A stretch of 64,000 bases of DNA from assembly GCA_030390025.1 (NCBI GenBank), contig CM059432.1:136712001-136776000 (forward strand). The letters run 5' to 3'. Numbering within the stretch: the first letter of the stretch is position 1; every line of letters starts with the position of its first letter. The position numbers and the translations under genes are program-made. Below, piece after piece: positions 1-12,145 of the stretch. Under the pieces are notes generated by a model. It did not search any database. It had not been told where the DNA came from and saw nothing but the letters and a program-made list of their open reading frames with translations. The DNA comes from Squalus acanthias. Taxonomy: Eukaryota.

Positions 1-318
1 ACAACCCTCCGGGATCTCTGCGCTCCTCCAAGTCTGGCCTCTTGCGCATCCCCGATTTTAATCGCTCCACCATTGGCGGCCGTGCCTTCAGCTGCCTGGG
101 CCCTATGCTCTGGAATTCCCTCCCTAAGCCTCTCCGCCTCTCTCTCTCCTCCTTTAAGACACTCCTTAAAAACTACCTCTTTGCCCAAGCTTTTGGTCAC
201 CTGTCCTAATATCTCTTTATGTGGCTCGGTGTCAAATTTTGCTTGATAATCGCTGCTGTGACGAGCCTTGGGACGTTTTACTACATTAAAGGCACTATAG
301 AAATGCAAGTTGTTGTTG
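1..318 (+). mobile_element. L2-clade LINE 3' end fragment
   Basis: Same sequence recurs at 4625, 13030, 29580, 38110/41859 and 48729. It encodes the ...AFSCLGPKLWNSLP...FKTLLKTYLF ORF2 C-terminus (seen in ORF 29565..29909) and ends in AAAGGC(G/A)CTATA(T/G)AAATGCAAG(TTG)n. Confidence 0.8.
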
Positions 319-1489
319 ATTGCTCTAGCTTAAAAAAAACACAGTGCATGCATTGAAGTGGATCCATTTTGCATTCACACGTTCATAACAGGGCCAGTTT
401 TGCACACGAATACAATTTTATTTTGCATAATACCCTGCTTCTGTCAGTCTTGGACTGGGGGGAAGAAGCAGTCCCAGAATAGCAACACTAGAAATGTATG
501 GAGGGAGGAACGGGCATTCAAATCTTCCTTCTACAAACTATCAACCTAAAAATATTTAGCCCGAAAGAGAGGGTTGTTTGATGCAAACCTGTGCCTCTGC
601 CTGCAACTCCTTCTGTGGCAAATTCATGGTCTTATCTTTGCTGTTAGGGAGGTACAGAATAGTGCCCAAACGCTTCCCCCACAGGAAAGGGGGAAAAAAT
701 GAGAGATTTTCCTTCTAGACGCAAGAGCTCATTGGAAAAGCCCAGGAGATCACGAGCTGCCTCTCTTTTCTTTAGCTGGACAAGGGGATATGCCCTGGGG
801 ACAACTAAAGATAGGGAAGGGGGAAATTGAGAACCAAAATTTGTGAAAAATATTACGAGACTCTTAGGCATTTGGACGCTGGGTAAAATCGTTCTGTATT
901 TTCCAAATCATTTCATCCTTTCTTGTGTTGTCTGTATCACATGTAGAATGTCACAGAAACCTGCAATTAGGCTAAGTGTGCGTTGAGCATACAAAGGAAA
1001 TGATACCACTACACTGTATACTTAAAGCTGCAGAATCACTTTTCAAAGAATCTACTTGTCAATTTCTGGTCAATTTCATTAATTCAAAATTAACCAGTCA
1101 TTGACCTCTCTGTACCCAGACTGCTCGAGAAACCAGACTGTTAGAGAACTAACTACTGCAATAGGGTTTCAGTAACTTTTACAGAAAAAAATGATTGGGA
1201 TAAAATAATTACATGATTTAGAGGAGTAGATAGTGCATGGTTCTGATTTGCATTGCTAAATGTGAAAAATCTGTAATGGCTACAGTGGTCTAACCCACTG
1301 CCTTCACGTTGTAATCCAAATTCCAAGCCAAGATTCCAAAAAAAAACTATGTAAGCATCCTTACATTGTTATAGCACTAGCCTTCAGACCAGATGGTGGC
1401 AGGTTTAGATCTTATGTCTGCCTGTCTGTTAAAAGCAGCGAATATACGGGCAGAAGAGCCTTGGACAAGCTGAAGTTTATGGAGGGTGG

Positions 1490-2130
1490 AGGATGAAAGA
1501 TGGGTGTTTGACCAGGAGAGTATTGGAGTAGTTCAGCCTCGAGTGGACAAAGGCATGGGTGAGGGTTACAGCAGAAGATTGCCTGAGATAGGCACGCAAG
1601 TGGGCAATGTTACGGTGGTCTAATTAGCCATTCTTTATAATGGAGCGGATATGGGGTCAGAAGCTCAGCTTGGGGTCAAATAGGATGCTGGAGAAAATTG
1701 CAGCTCATCGAAGACTGGATGTCAGACAAGCAATCTGGCTACACAGAGGCAGTGGAGGGGTCAGGAGAGGTGGTGGAGAGGAAGCTGATGCCATGTCTAC
1801 AGCTGATGTCTCCAGGGACTAGCATATAGATGAGGAAGAGGAAGAGGGGCCAAGGATAATCCTTGCGGGACTCTGGCAGTAACGGCTTAGCGGCAGCAAG
1901 GAAGCCATTGCTGAAGATGTATGGACTATGATCAAGGCAAGACTGGAACCAAGTGAGGCTAATCCTGCTGAGCTGGACAATGGAGGAGAGGCATCAGAGG
2001 AGGATGGTGTGGTCGACCATGTCAAAAGCTGCAAAGAGAACAAGGGGCGATAATTCACCATAGTCATAGTCAGAGAGGATGTCATTTATGACTTTGGTTC
2101 GGGCCTGTTTCAGTGCTGTGGCAGGGACAT
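1490..2130 (-). mobile_element. Degraded L2 LINE RT-region fragment
   Basis: The minus strand resembles the L2 RT segment at 59600-60000 (LSAAFD..DH, GVPQGS.LGP region: GCCAGAGTCCCGCAAGGATTATCCTTGGCCCC). Heavily decayed. Confidence 0.6.
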
Positions 2131-3189
2131 AACATAACATCACAGAAATACTGAGTCCATTTACTGTTTCAAACCTAATATATCTTTTATATTTCCCACT
2201 TGTTTATCATGTAAATGCAATAAAGAATTTGCATTGAAAAAGGACTAGGCTGACAATTGGCACAAGAATACTCGCTACAGCCTAGAAATTACTATTGGGG
2301 ATATTACAGGATAAATGCTTGTCTGACATTTCACTGTGTACTAATTTAAAAAAAAAGAAAGACTTGCATTTATATCATGGAGCTTTAACCAATTTAATGT
2401 CTCTATTAAATTAGCAGGCAGAAGAATATTATACAAATGCGTTAAGCATTTGTTTGCTAATACCGCCAACAGTCATTTCTAACCTTGCATCTATCAATCA
2501 ATCAATAAGAATAGGGAAGATATCCTGATTTCTAACACTAACCATTCTATACCCATCCATTAAAAACTTCATTTACTCTGTTAGTTTATGGAATCTTTTG
2601 TATGGCAATATGCACCAACTGCAAAATTTCCCTGTAATCAACTGTTGAACGCTGATTGATAAACTTGAAGCACTTCTGTCGCAATCATTAATCATTTTGT
2701 GTGCTTGTCATGATGCATGGAGTGCACTGGCTTCCTATGTACACTATCAAGAAAAAATAAATAGCACGGCATTGAATAAGACCACCTCCAACCCCATGAC
2801 CTTAAAACTGTACACAGAGGACAGATCACACAGAGCCATGAGTTATCATTTTGCCAGTAAACTGATCCAGTAATACTTGAATGATAAGGTCGGAGAGGGA
2901 TGTCTATCTATTCTCTAATGTAATAGTGGTGACTGAGTATACGCCAGTTCCTAGTGGCCTACTAGTGATTTGCAGCCAGGAGATTAAGAACATAAGAAAA
3001 GGCCATCAAGCCCAACATGCCTAACCCTTTTTGAGAGATTGAAACCCCACCTATCCACCTTCTCACTGTGTCCCTCAACCTCTTCTCTCTCTAGAAGCAC
3101 ATCCAATTGCCTTTGAACCCATTTATATTGTGTGTATTAATGGACTTCCCTGCTAATTTATTCCACATTATCCTTTGAATGAAGACATT

Positions 3190-4088
3190 GGCCAGAATTT
3201 TAATTGGGAGGCAGGTTGGGAGCAGGCGGGGCTCGGAAGGAGTCGGGAAACCCGGGAGAACGAATTTAATGGCAGGGCCTGATTTGCATTTGAAATCAGA
3301 TGGAGAGGCTGGCTGGCTGCGAGCGGGTAGGCCTGTGGCACTAGGCCGCAGAGAGGAGGGAGGGAGGGATAGGGTGGGGTGGGGGGGTGATCCGGGGGGT
3401 GGGGGGGTGGATGGAGAGAACATCAGGGGCTGGAGGATGGTCGGGTGGGTGGGGAGGCAGAGAACATTGGGGGCCTGAGGATGGCCGTGGGTGGGGGTCA
3501 GAGAACATCGGGGGCCAAAGGATGGTCGGGGGCAGGGGGGAAAGCAGAGAACATCGGAGCCGGCCTGGAGAATGATCGGGGGAGGAAGCAGAGAAAAACG
3601 GAGCCGGCCTGGAGAACGATCGGGGGGGGGGGGTGTGGTGGTGTTGGAGGGGGAAGGAGGAGGCCGAAAAGGTGATTGGAGGCCTCTTGTGGGGGAATCA
3701 GAGGTCTTGTGGGGGTGGTCTCCGATCACAGAGGGTGGGTTAGGCAGGGACGCTGGATCCAGGAAGTAAGTGTAAAGGCACTTACCTCCTGCATCCAGCA
3801 GTCCTTCGCCTTCCATTAGCTGTCGGGTTTCCCGAGGCCTGTGAAACCCGACCAGCCACAGTTAAAACTAAAAGGGTGGTTAAATCTGAGGCATGCCAGC
3901 CTCATTATAACATTTAAATGGACGACCCACCTCCTGGGAGCGGGAGGGCTGCCCGCCCCCGTCCCGCCTCCGTTAAAACCAGAAGTGAGTGTGTTGGAGG
4001 CGGATTCTGTTCGGGATTGAGTTTTTTTAACACTTTAACTTCCCACCCAACCCCAACCCACCCGTTTCTGTTAGTTAAAATTCACCCC
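3190..4088. mobile_element. Non-autonomous Harbinger-type DNA element inserted in an old CR1 tail
   Basis: Imperfect TIRs GGCCAGAATTTTAAT / (rc) GGGGTGAATTTTAAC, ATT on both flanks (3187-3189 and 4089-4091), GC-rich interior. Related to the elements at 14911 and 20493. Confidence 0.75.
3415..3635 (+). repeat. G-rich ~43-bp tandem repeat (about 5 units) inside the 3190-4088 element
   Basis: Recurring GAGAACATC(G/A)G...GGA(G/T)GATGGTCGGG unit. Confidence 0.7.
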
Positions 4089-4624
4089 ATTCTATCTGTT
4101 TTTCTTCCTTACTATCTCTCTATCTAATATCTGTGTATTTTTTTCCCTTGTCTGCCTATTTGAACCTTTCCCCATGGTGGATACCTTGGTAACTTCATCA
4201 ATCCCCTTCATAATCTTACAACTTCAATGAGGTCATATCGAGTCGCCTCGTTTCAAAATATGTCTCATCAGTAACTCTCGTGAGTGACTTCCCTCGATGC
4301 CATCAGGGCGCAATGTGTAAACGGCCACTGCCTCAGTCAATGAGGAGGAGCTGGAAAAGCCAATATATCATTTTCATTGCAATGACATTATGCGCAAGTA
4401 GCACAATATTTTTTCTTTGCAAAACATTGGCACATTCAACGCAATTTTGCACACTGCTTGGCAAATATTTGCTCAAAAATTTTTTGCCAAACACTTGATC
4501 ATAAAGACAATCCCTCTTTAAAGAAAAATGTGCAACAAAAACGAATCAACAGAAAAGCAGAAACAAATAGAAGGATGTAAATCTTTATGGTCATTCTTTA
4601 TGACTGACTTTTAAAAAGGGATCC

Positions 4625-4911
4625 TGAGCAGCCCCGATTTCCAACGCTCCACCATTGGTGGCCGTGCCTTCAGCTGCCAAGGCCCTAAGCTCTGGAATTC
4701 CCTCCCTAAACCTCTCCGCCTCTCTACCTCTCTCTCCTCCTTTAAGACGCTCCTTAAAACCTACCTCTTTGACCAAGCTTTTGGCCATCTGCCTTAATTT
4801 CTCCTTATGTGGCTCGGTGTCAAATTTTGTTCTATAACGCTCCTGTGAAGCGCCTTGGAACGTTTTACTACGTTAAAGGCGCTATATAAATGCAAGTTGT
4901 TGTTGTTGTTG
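4625..4911 (+). mobile_element. L2 LINE 3' end fragment
   Basis: Close copy of 1-318 with a (TTG)n tail. Confidence 0.8.
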
Positions 4912-7327
4912 AGATGAAACATTATTTTTTCTTGGTAATCCAATAAACCCTACTCAGGTACTTCATTTAAATCTACACGTTTTGACATCTATCAATCAAA
5001 AGACTCAAATCTCCACCTCAAAGATCTGCTGTTGAGTCTCACGGACGTCCATTGCCTGGTCCGGAGTGTTCAAGAGGGATGGGATCCCTAAACCTATTTG
5101 CTGGGCACTCAGACAGAAATGATGAAGCATTTTGTCTATTAGTTTTTTCAATAATGCGTTCGATAGTTGAAAGGAATGGGTGGTGTAACTACCATGTCAC
5201 ATTTGTGAAACCCATGATGCGGACAATAGCATTTTCAATAAAAAAGGACTTTTGATTTTTTTTTTTGGTGTGTCAAACCGTTTTAATAAAAGGTATTTCT
5301 AGGTCAGCGAAGGGTTAATGTGGCATCATAAATCATATCTAAATAGGGAGCTGCGAGCTGCCTCGGCCTGTGTTGATGCTATTGGCACCGGGGTCAAAAG
5401 GCATGAAAGAAACATTGAGCCAGGCAAGAGAAAGCTGGCTTAAAAGTGAATCCATTTCCCTGCCCTATTCAGACATTGATAAAACACGGTAGGCTGTGTG
5501 AATAATAGGTGAATTAGAAATTAATGATTCTTCTGGTATGTAAATGGCAATTAAAGGACATACACTGCTGCAGGCTCTGTCCATAAACTCTTCTCCATTA
5601 GTTGTGATGGAAATTCATTCAGATGCATATCTAAAACTAGTAATGTACTTTGGCCAGCATTTATCACCAATGCTGAATTCCTTAAACAATGTATTTCTTT
5701 CCGTTTTTTTTTTGTTTGATTGCACGAATGCATCTTGGCTCCAGGGCTATTGGAGTTGTGGGCCGTGATGGGCAATGCTAAACACACCACTGCTGATGTC
5801 CAGGATACATTGCAGCCGGTTCACAAAAGCCTCTAAAGGAGAGTGGTGAATTTAGACGCATTCGTCGTGCGGAAGCTGCGCATACCTGCATTATTCTGCG
5901 CTAGCATGTGAAACAAATGTGTTTGGGGAGAGAAGGCTGCATCGACAAACTCCGCAAAGGACAGTTTTCTGTCATTTAGTGAAGGACGAGCAATGACCCT
6001 AATGAAATGCCTACTCGGTTGCAGGTTTGTTTGCCTTACTCTGATATAAACTGTCATACAGCTACCTTATCAATTCATACACTACTTTATTTATCCAATT
6101 CAGTTAACTGTGTGTCTATTCGCAGACCTCCACCCTCATGGCTGTTGCTAAAAAAAAAATCAGTTCTCTTCATGAACAATGTAAAGAATATCAAGATCGT
6201 GTCCAGGCCTTGGAAGCCATGTCTTCATCACGCTTCACTGTCTCGCAAACAGATGCCGAACAAATAAAATGTAATCTAAAGTTCTGTGTGGGGGAAGTCT
6301 AACCTACTTGCCCATCTTGGGACTCAGCACGTTAATACCTCTGAGTATTTGTACAAAGGCGCAATTGAGCTGATCATGTAATCTGTCAGATAGAGACGAT
6401 CTCCTGAATGTTCCGATCAGCATTACCTTACCACTGTCGGTGACGCATTACAAATAAATAAAATAACACCGTTTGCGAAATCCTGGGTAATTAGAGAATC
6501 AGTTCAATAATACTGCTTTCAGAACATCAACGAAAGGACATCTTATAGGCTTGTGTTTTATTTGGTCCCTCCATTGGCAAGGGAGCCATTAACAACTTGT
6601 GATAGTTGTTTATGGGCCAAGGGAAGGAGGGTGGAATATTTCCTCACCTGATGATCCACCCCAACCCACTAGAACTACACCAGGAAACTCCTAAAGAACA
6701 TTAACCTTATGGCGGAGATGGGACCAAGCTTGGCTATGATAACCCCAGATGGGCAAATAGTCCTATTGACACTCATTGTAAAAGCTGAAACATGCATATG
6801 ACGCAATGGCGAGGTACCGGAAGGCGATGAGTGCCCATGGAATCTTACTCTAGCAACGAGTCAAGGCCGTCAAGGAGGAGAGAGGAACAATTCTGAGGAA
6901 AAATGAACCACTGCCTCCTGTTGTCACTCATTGCAAAGCAGTACCCGCTGATGGCAATTAGCAGCCAACAGTGAACACTATTTTCTTCGGTGGGAAGGTT
7001 CTTCAGGCTATCGTGTTTGACTTCTCTCTATAAGGAGAGAGAGAGGCAGCAGACAGACAAACAGAAGGACAGCTAAATTAATTGTACCTGTGGACTTAAG
7101 CACGAGCTGAAGAGCAGTCACGCCTAAGAAAATAGTTTTCATTTTTGTTCGGCGATGAACAATAACATTCAGCACTGAGAGTGATGAAGAACTGAACTGA
7201 ACAAGAATTGCGTGCAGATGTCACAAATTGGACGTAATATTTGTGAAATCACCTTCCATTTAAAAAAATTATTGGCCTTGAGATTATGCTGATATACTAA
7301 CATATAAATACTTAGCGCATCAACATG

Positions 7328-7566
7328 AAGTTTCTTCACACGAAGGGTAGTGGAAATCTGGAACTCTCTCCCCCAGAAAGCTGTTGAGGCTGGGGGTCAA
7401 CTTAAAATTTCAAGACTGAGATTGATAGATTTTTTGTTAGGCAAAGGCTATTAAGGGATATGGAACCAAGGCGGGTGGATGGAGTTAAGATACAGATCAG
7501 CCATGATCTAATTGAATGGCGGAACAGGCTTGAGGAGTTGAATGGCCTCCTCCTGTTCCTATGTTC
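7328..7566 (+). mobile_element. CR1 LINE 3' end fragment
   Basis: FFTxRVVEIWNSLP...FKTEIDRFL...KGYG coding end, then 3' UTR GATCAGCCATGATCTAATTGAATGGCGGAACAGGC, matching the CR1 at 23108-25480. Confidence 0.85.
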
Positions 7567-7723
7567 CTTCCTCTGCTGTTTTAAGTGAAGCATTAATCTG
7601 TTTAGTTTAGTGAATTAACACTTCTGTTAAAACAGCAGACGAAAAAAACGTTCATACGAACACATTAAGCATTCAGACACTAGTGTCCTGCAACACACTT
7701 TCAGGATTATGGTGTGCTGAAGC

Positions 7724-7965
7724 TATAGAATCATGCAGCACAGAAGGAGGCCATTCGGCCCATTGTGCCTGTGCCGGCTCTTTAAAAAGAGCCATCCAAT
7801 TAGTCCCACTTCCCTCCTGCTCTTTCCCAGTCGCCCTGCAAATGTTTCCTTTTCAAGTATTTATCCAATTCCCTGTTGAAAGTTACTACTGAATCTGCTT
7901 CCACCACACCTTTCAGGCAGCGCGTTCCAGATCGCAACAACTCGCCGAGTACAAAAAATTCTCCT
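7724..7965 (-). mobile_element. CR1 LINE 3' end fragment (second subfamily)
   Basis: Starts ATAGAATCAT...CACAGAAGGAGGCCATTCGGCCCAT. Copies at 9310, 45790 (+) and 51322. Confidence 0.8.
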
Positions 7966-9309
7966 CTTCACGTACGATGAGGGTAAATTTTGTCGGTTGC
8001 ACACTCACTACAGAGCCTCGCTTAGTGGAGAATGGATCGGTACAGCTGGGCTCAGATGGTCAGTGTGCCATAGTCGGAGGGCTCCCAAAGTTCTGGCGAA
8101 CAGGCCTTATCTAACTTACCCTATAACGACGGCTGTTTACAGTGTTTGAAAATAAACTATTGATTCTCCGATTCTTTAGACAGTGGCCTCAGACATGAAA
8201 TAATGGCATCTGCCTTTTAATACACTTTCAGTCACTTTAATATCCCTCAGTCAATAATCACCATTCATCCTAGCCTTCAATTAGCATCAATATTTGTATA
8301 GTATTCTACAAAAAGGAAAGCAGAGCGTGAGTGCAATAAAACACCCATACAAGAGATTTTGCTAGCTATCTGGGAATATAGAAAGCAGAAAACACAGAAA
8401 GAAGATTGCCGTCCACAAAAAAAAGTCTGACAATGATGCGGGAATACTGCAAGAGTGAAAACCTGCAAGGGGCATCAGAGCACTGCTGTAGTAATGCTTT
8501 TATTTTCATTCATTTGCCCTGCGTTACATGATTTGTATCGCTAAGCCAACAATAACTGAAGGACAAATAACGAGAGTTGTTGAAAAAAAAAATCAGCAAG
8601 TAAATGCTAGAATCGTAGTAAAGAATGGATTATTCTGCAAACAAATTACTGATCACAGTGGAGACCACCTGATCCCATGTTAAGGCTACATGGCCTTGTT
8701 CTGTTCTTCAAAGAGATGCATGTTTAAAGCTGCACTGCCCCCTTTTGTGGCTTATCTTCACTGGCTTATCCGTTACAGCAGGGATTCGCAAACTTTGTCA
8801 GAATGCCCGCCTTTAGCCCACAAGCTGAGAAGACACCGCACACCTCTCAGTCGTTGCTCAACAGAGCCCGTAATCGAAATATAAAAATACGGCATTTTCC
8901 AACACACCATTAAAAAAAGAAGTTGCTGCAAAGCTGACAACCCAGGCACAAAATGATGTGGGCAGAAGGCAACGCATTGTGTCACTGTGGAAGTGAACCC
9001 TGCTGAGCCTCTTTGACACACCGCATGTATGAAAAAACACAGACGGCAGCTTAAAATGACACAACCTTTCTGAAAGCAATAACACAGGTCTGCTGATTAT
9101 AATATTTTCGGGTGGGCAGTACCACTTATTTGTGACGAGGTTCACGCGAGCTGGACACAGGATATATGGCGTGGTTATCATTCTCGCCCGGCATCTGCTG
9201 AAAATGCACCCCATGTACGTTTCCATTGAGGTCGTATTTAGGATGTTTTTATTTTTAAATTTTTCAGCTAATGTATGATGTATTTTCTGGCATAGCGAGA
9301 GAAGCAGGA

Positions 9310-9461
9310 GAATCATGGTTACAGCATCATACAGCAGAGACGGAGGCCATTCGGCCCATCGTGCCTGTGCTGGCTCTTTGAAAGAGTGATCCAATTAGTC
9401 CCACTCCCTTGCTCTTTCCCCATAGCCTTGCAAATTTCTCCTTTTCAAGAATATATCCAAT
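9310..9461 (-). mobile_element. CR1 LINE 3' end fragment
   Basis: Similar to 7724-7870. Confidence 0.75.
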
Positions 9462-10309
9462 AATAATTTAAATCACAAATAATTATTTTATTGAAAATAA
9501 TTTTTAAAAAAGGTTATCATAAAGAAACTTTCCAGCTCTGGGTGCACTACTGCATCTCACTGAAAGCTACATCAGATGTAAAGCCCTTTATTAAATCTCT
9601 GCTACCGTACCTCTTGGAAAGCAAGAATGTCCTGCTTTAAGTACAAGATGCAATGAGGCACGACACGATATTAAGGAAGGCACCATAAGCAGATTGGCAA
9701 AAACCCACCATGATGCCACCAATCATTCCTTCAGGCCCAGGCCTTCCTCTGTTAATGACTGGGGTGAAACTCTCTCCACCAGCTTCAGCTTTTGGCCAGG
9801 AGTCAGCTGATGAGCAGTTTCACCTCGCCGCAAGGACATCTGTGGCCAGCCTGCACCATAAGGTTGGCGCTCTCAGCGTTAGGCATGGGATACTGCACGC
9901 TCAACTTCATTGGATCTACCTCCAACAGGGAGAACATTGAAATTATACAGTGAAGGTATAGTGTGATTGAAAAACGCTTGACTGAAGTTTCGCTAATCAA
10001 CATGCTCACACGGTCATAGAATTATAGGACAGAAGGAGGCTATTCAGCTCATCCAGCCTTTGACTGTCACAATGTTTTTCACATTGAATATTGTATTTCT
10101 CATTACAGACATCATCCCCCACCCCCCGCCCCGCCCCCATCCCAGTTTGAATAGTAATGTTGCAGGGAAACTGAATTCTGGTGGGGGTGGTGTGGTTAGA
10201 GCAAGCTCTCCATAATATGCTGTACCAGTAGTAAAATCTGTCAGCTTTGACCAATCAGAAAGCATTCTAAGTTTATCTCCTTGGAATTAAGCTCAAGTTT
10301 AAAGTCCAG

Positions 10310-10495
10310 GGCCTAGAAATTCATCTCGGGCAGTGGCGCGGGACGGGCGGTATCAGATCGGCTGCCTGTTATACACAGCGGCTGGTATTCAGTCCCGTTG
10401 CAGCCAATAGAACTGAATCTCAGGTGCTGCGTATAACGGGCGGCCGATCCGATACCGCTCGTTCTGCGCCACCGCCCAAGGCGAATTTCTAGGCC
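10310..10495. mobile_element. Palindromic Harbinger-type MITE
   Basis: Perfect 13-bp TIR GGCCTAGAAATTC...GAATTTCTAGGCC; the whole body is an imperfect inverted repeat; flanks CAG/TAG. The TIR nearly matches the right end of the coding Harbinger (GGGCTAGAAATTC). Confidence 0.8.
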
Positions 10496-10716
10496 TAGGT
10501 GTTAAAAATTCAGTTTTCTCTCGGTTTCTCCCCTCCTTCTTGTGGTGTGACAAAGCAAGGCTGTTGTCTGGCCGAGAGATATGTTGTCTATTTCTTAAAT
10601 ATGCGTTGTTCAAGAACCCAAAAAAAGTCGATACGGACTAGTAATTTTAGCTTATAGTGAGAAGCTATTGCCCTTCAGGTTACAGAAGTTACATTCAGTG
10701 GCCAACAATGGTCTTA

Positions 10717-11550
10717 GGGGGAAAAATTCGGTATTGCCCATTTTGGGGCGCTAATTATCGCTTCCGACTGCAAAATTCGCCTCTATCAGGCGCTACACAC
10801 CTCTCTTAAGGTGCAAACGTCAGGGAGTGAGGTGCTACCTCAGAATGCTACCGAAGCTCAGGCGATGCCAATTACCATGGAAGCCAGACAGACTGGCGCC
10901 GTCCAGTTCTTAAAGGGGAGGGGCCATCTTGCTGACCAGCCACACCCTGCTCATTGCAGCCTTGAATCTCGGCCTGGAGAGACCTCAAAAGCAATTGTGT
11001 TGGAAGCACTAATGGATAGACCCAGGGAAAGAGCTCGGTGCTTAGGAAAGAGGCTTGTGGAGCATAAACACCGGCACAGACCAGTTGGGCTGAATGGCCT
11101 GTTTCTGTGCTGTGAATTCTATGTAGAGTCTATGTAAACCACAAAAGTGGTGCTGAGGGCCAACACACCTTAGGACAGCGTTAAAACCAAAAGTTTTGCC
11201 GACAAGAAAAGGCAGGAAGCGCCCCCCTTTAAATAGCGCTCCCCCAGCCCCTTCCTGACTTGAAAACGTTCCCCATTACCTGTCGTTCCTAGCAGCAGGC
11301 ACTAAGGCAGGGGGCGCGACTCAATATCCGGTCTGGTCCGGGGCACTACCAGGGCGTTGCAAGCTTGACTGACGTCATGAACTGCAGGCGCAGGAGATCG
11401 CGGCGGTAGTGTTTAGCGCCGCCGCAAAATGACTGGTCAATTTCACGAGCGGCGCTAAAATTGCCGTGCTCGGGCGCTAAGTACCTAGTGCCCCATTAAC
11501 GCCCCCCGGAGGCGCTAACGGGAGGCACTAACCAACCAAATTTTTCCCCC
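10717..11550. mobile_element. Non-autonomous PIF/Harbinger element, containing a ~90-bp CR1 tail at ~11049-11135
   Basis: TIR GGGGGAAAAATT...AATTTTTCCCCC, exact TTA TSD (10714-10716 and 11551-11553), many GGCGCTAA/TTAGCGCC subterminal motifs. Second copy at 19700. Confidence 0.9.
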
Positions 11551-11683
11551 TTAGTCTTTGCATTTGGGGCATGATACTTTTGTTAACTTCTGTAACCTTC
11601 AGGTCAATAGTTATAACTAAGTGAATATCTATGTTTAAATATCTCTACTCATATCTACATATTTATTCATCTGTATACCGATA

Positions 11684-11689
11684 GAGAGA

Positions 11690-11724
<35 letters not shown>

Positions 11725-11768
11725 TCAGATAGGCAGACAGACAGATAGGCAGACAGACAGACACAGAC
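11684..11768 (+). repeat. (GATA)n/(GACA)n compound microsatellite
   Basis: Directly visible. Confidence 0.9.
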
Positions 11769-12145
11769 TCGCCCCACTCTACCTCTACAACCTCCTCCAG
11801 CCTTAAATCTCCTCCAACACCCTTTGGTCTTCTGATTCTAGACTTCTGAGCAATGTGCCTTCCTTCACCCCACCAGTAGTGGCAGAACTTTCAACCACCT
11901 TGACCTCTCTCTTCAGAATTCCCTCTTCCATGCACTTCTCCACCTTTCTGTCCTCCTTTAAAAACCTTCTCAAAACCCATCTCTTTCACCAGGCATTTGG
12001 TCCCCTGGTCTTTATCTCCCCCCACCCCCCCCCCCCCCCCCCCCCCCCCCCCACCATGGTTTGTTGTTCATTTCTTTACTTTCTTTTCCATTCGTAAAGC
12101 ACTTTTTTCTGTTAAAGGGCACTATATAAATGTAAGTTGCAGTTG
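11768..12145 (+). mobile_element. Diverged L2 3' end fragment with an internal poly-C run (~12016-12052)
   Basis: Resembles 29660-30020 and ends AAAGGGCACTATATAAATGTAAGTTG. Confidence 0.65.

Noticed and set aside
3091..3816. 241-aa Pro-rich ORF and overlapping Gly-rich ORFs
   Set aside because: Read-through of a G/C-skewed MITE interior; no domain.
10811..11137. Apparently conserved small ORF (also 19903-20121)
   Set aside because: Similarity reflects two copies of one MITE; the C-terminus comes from an inserted CR1 tail.
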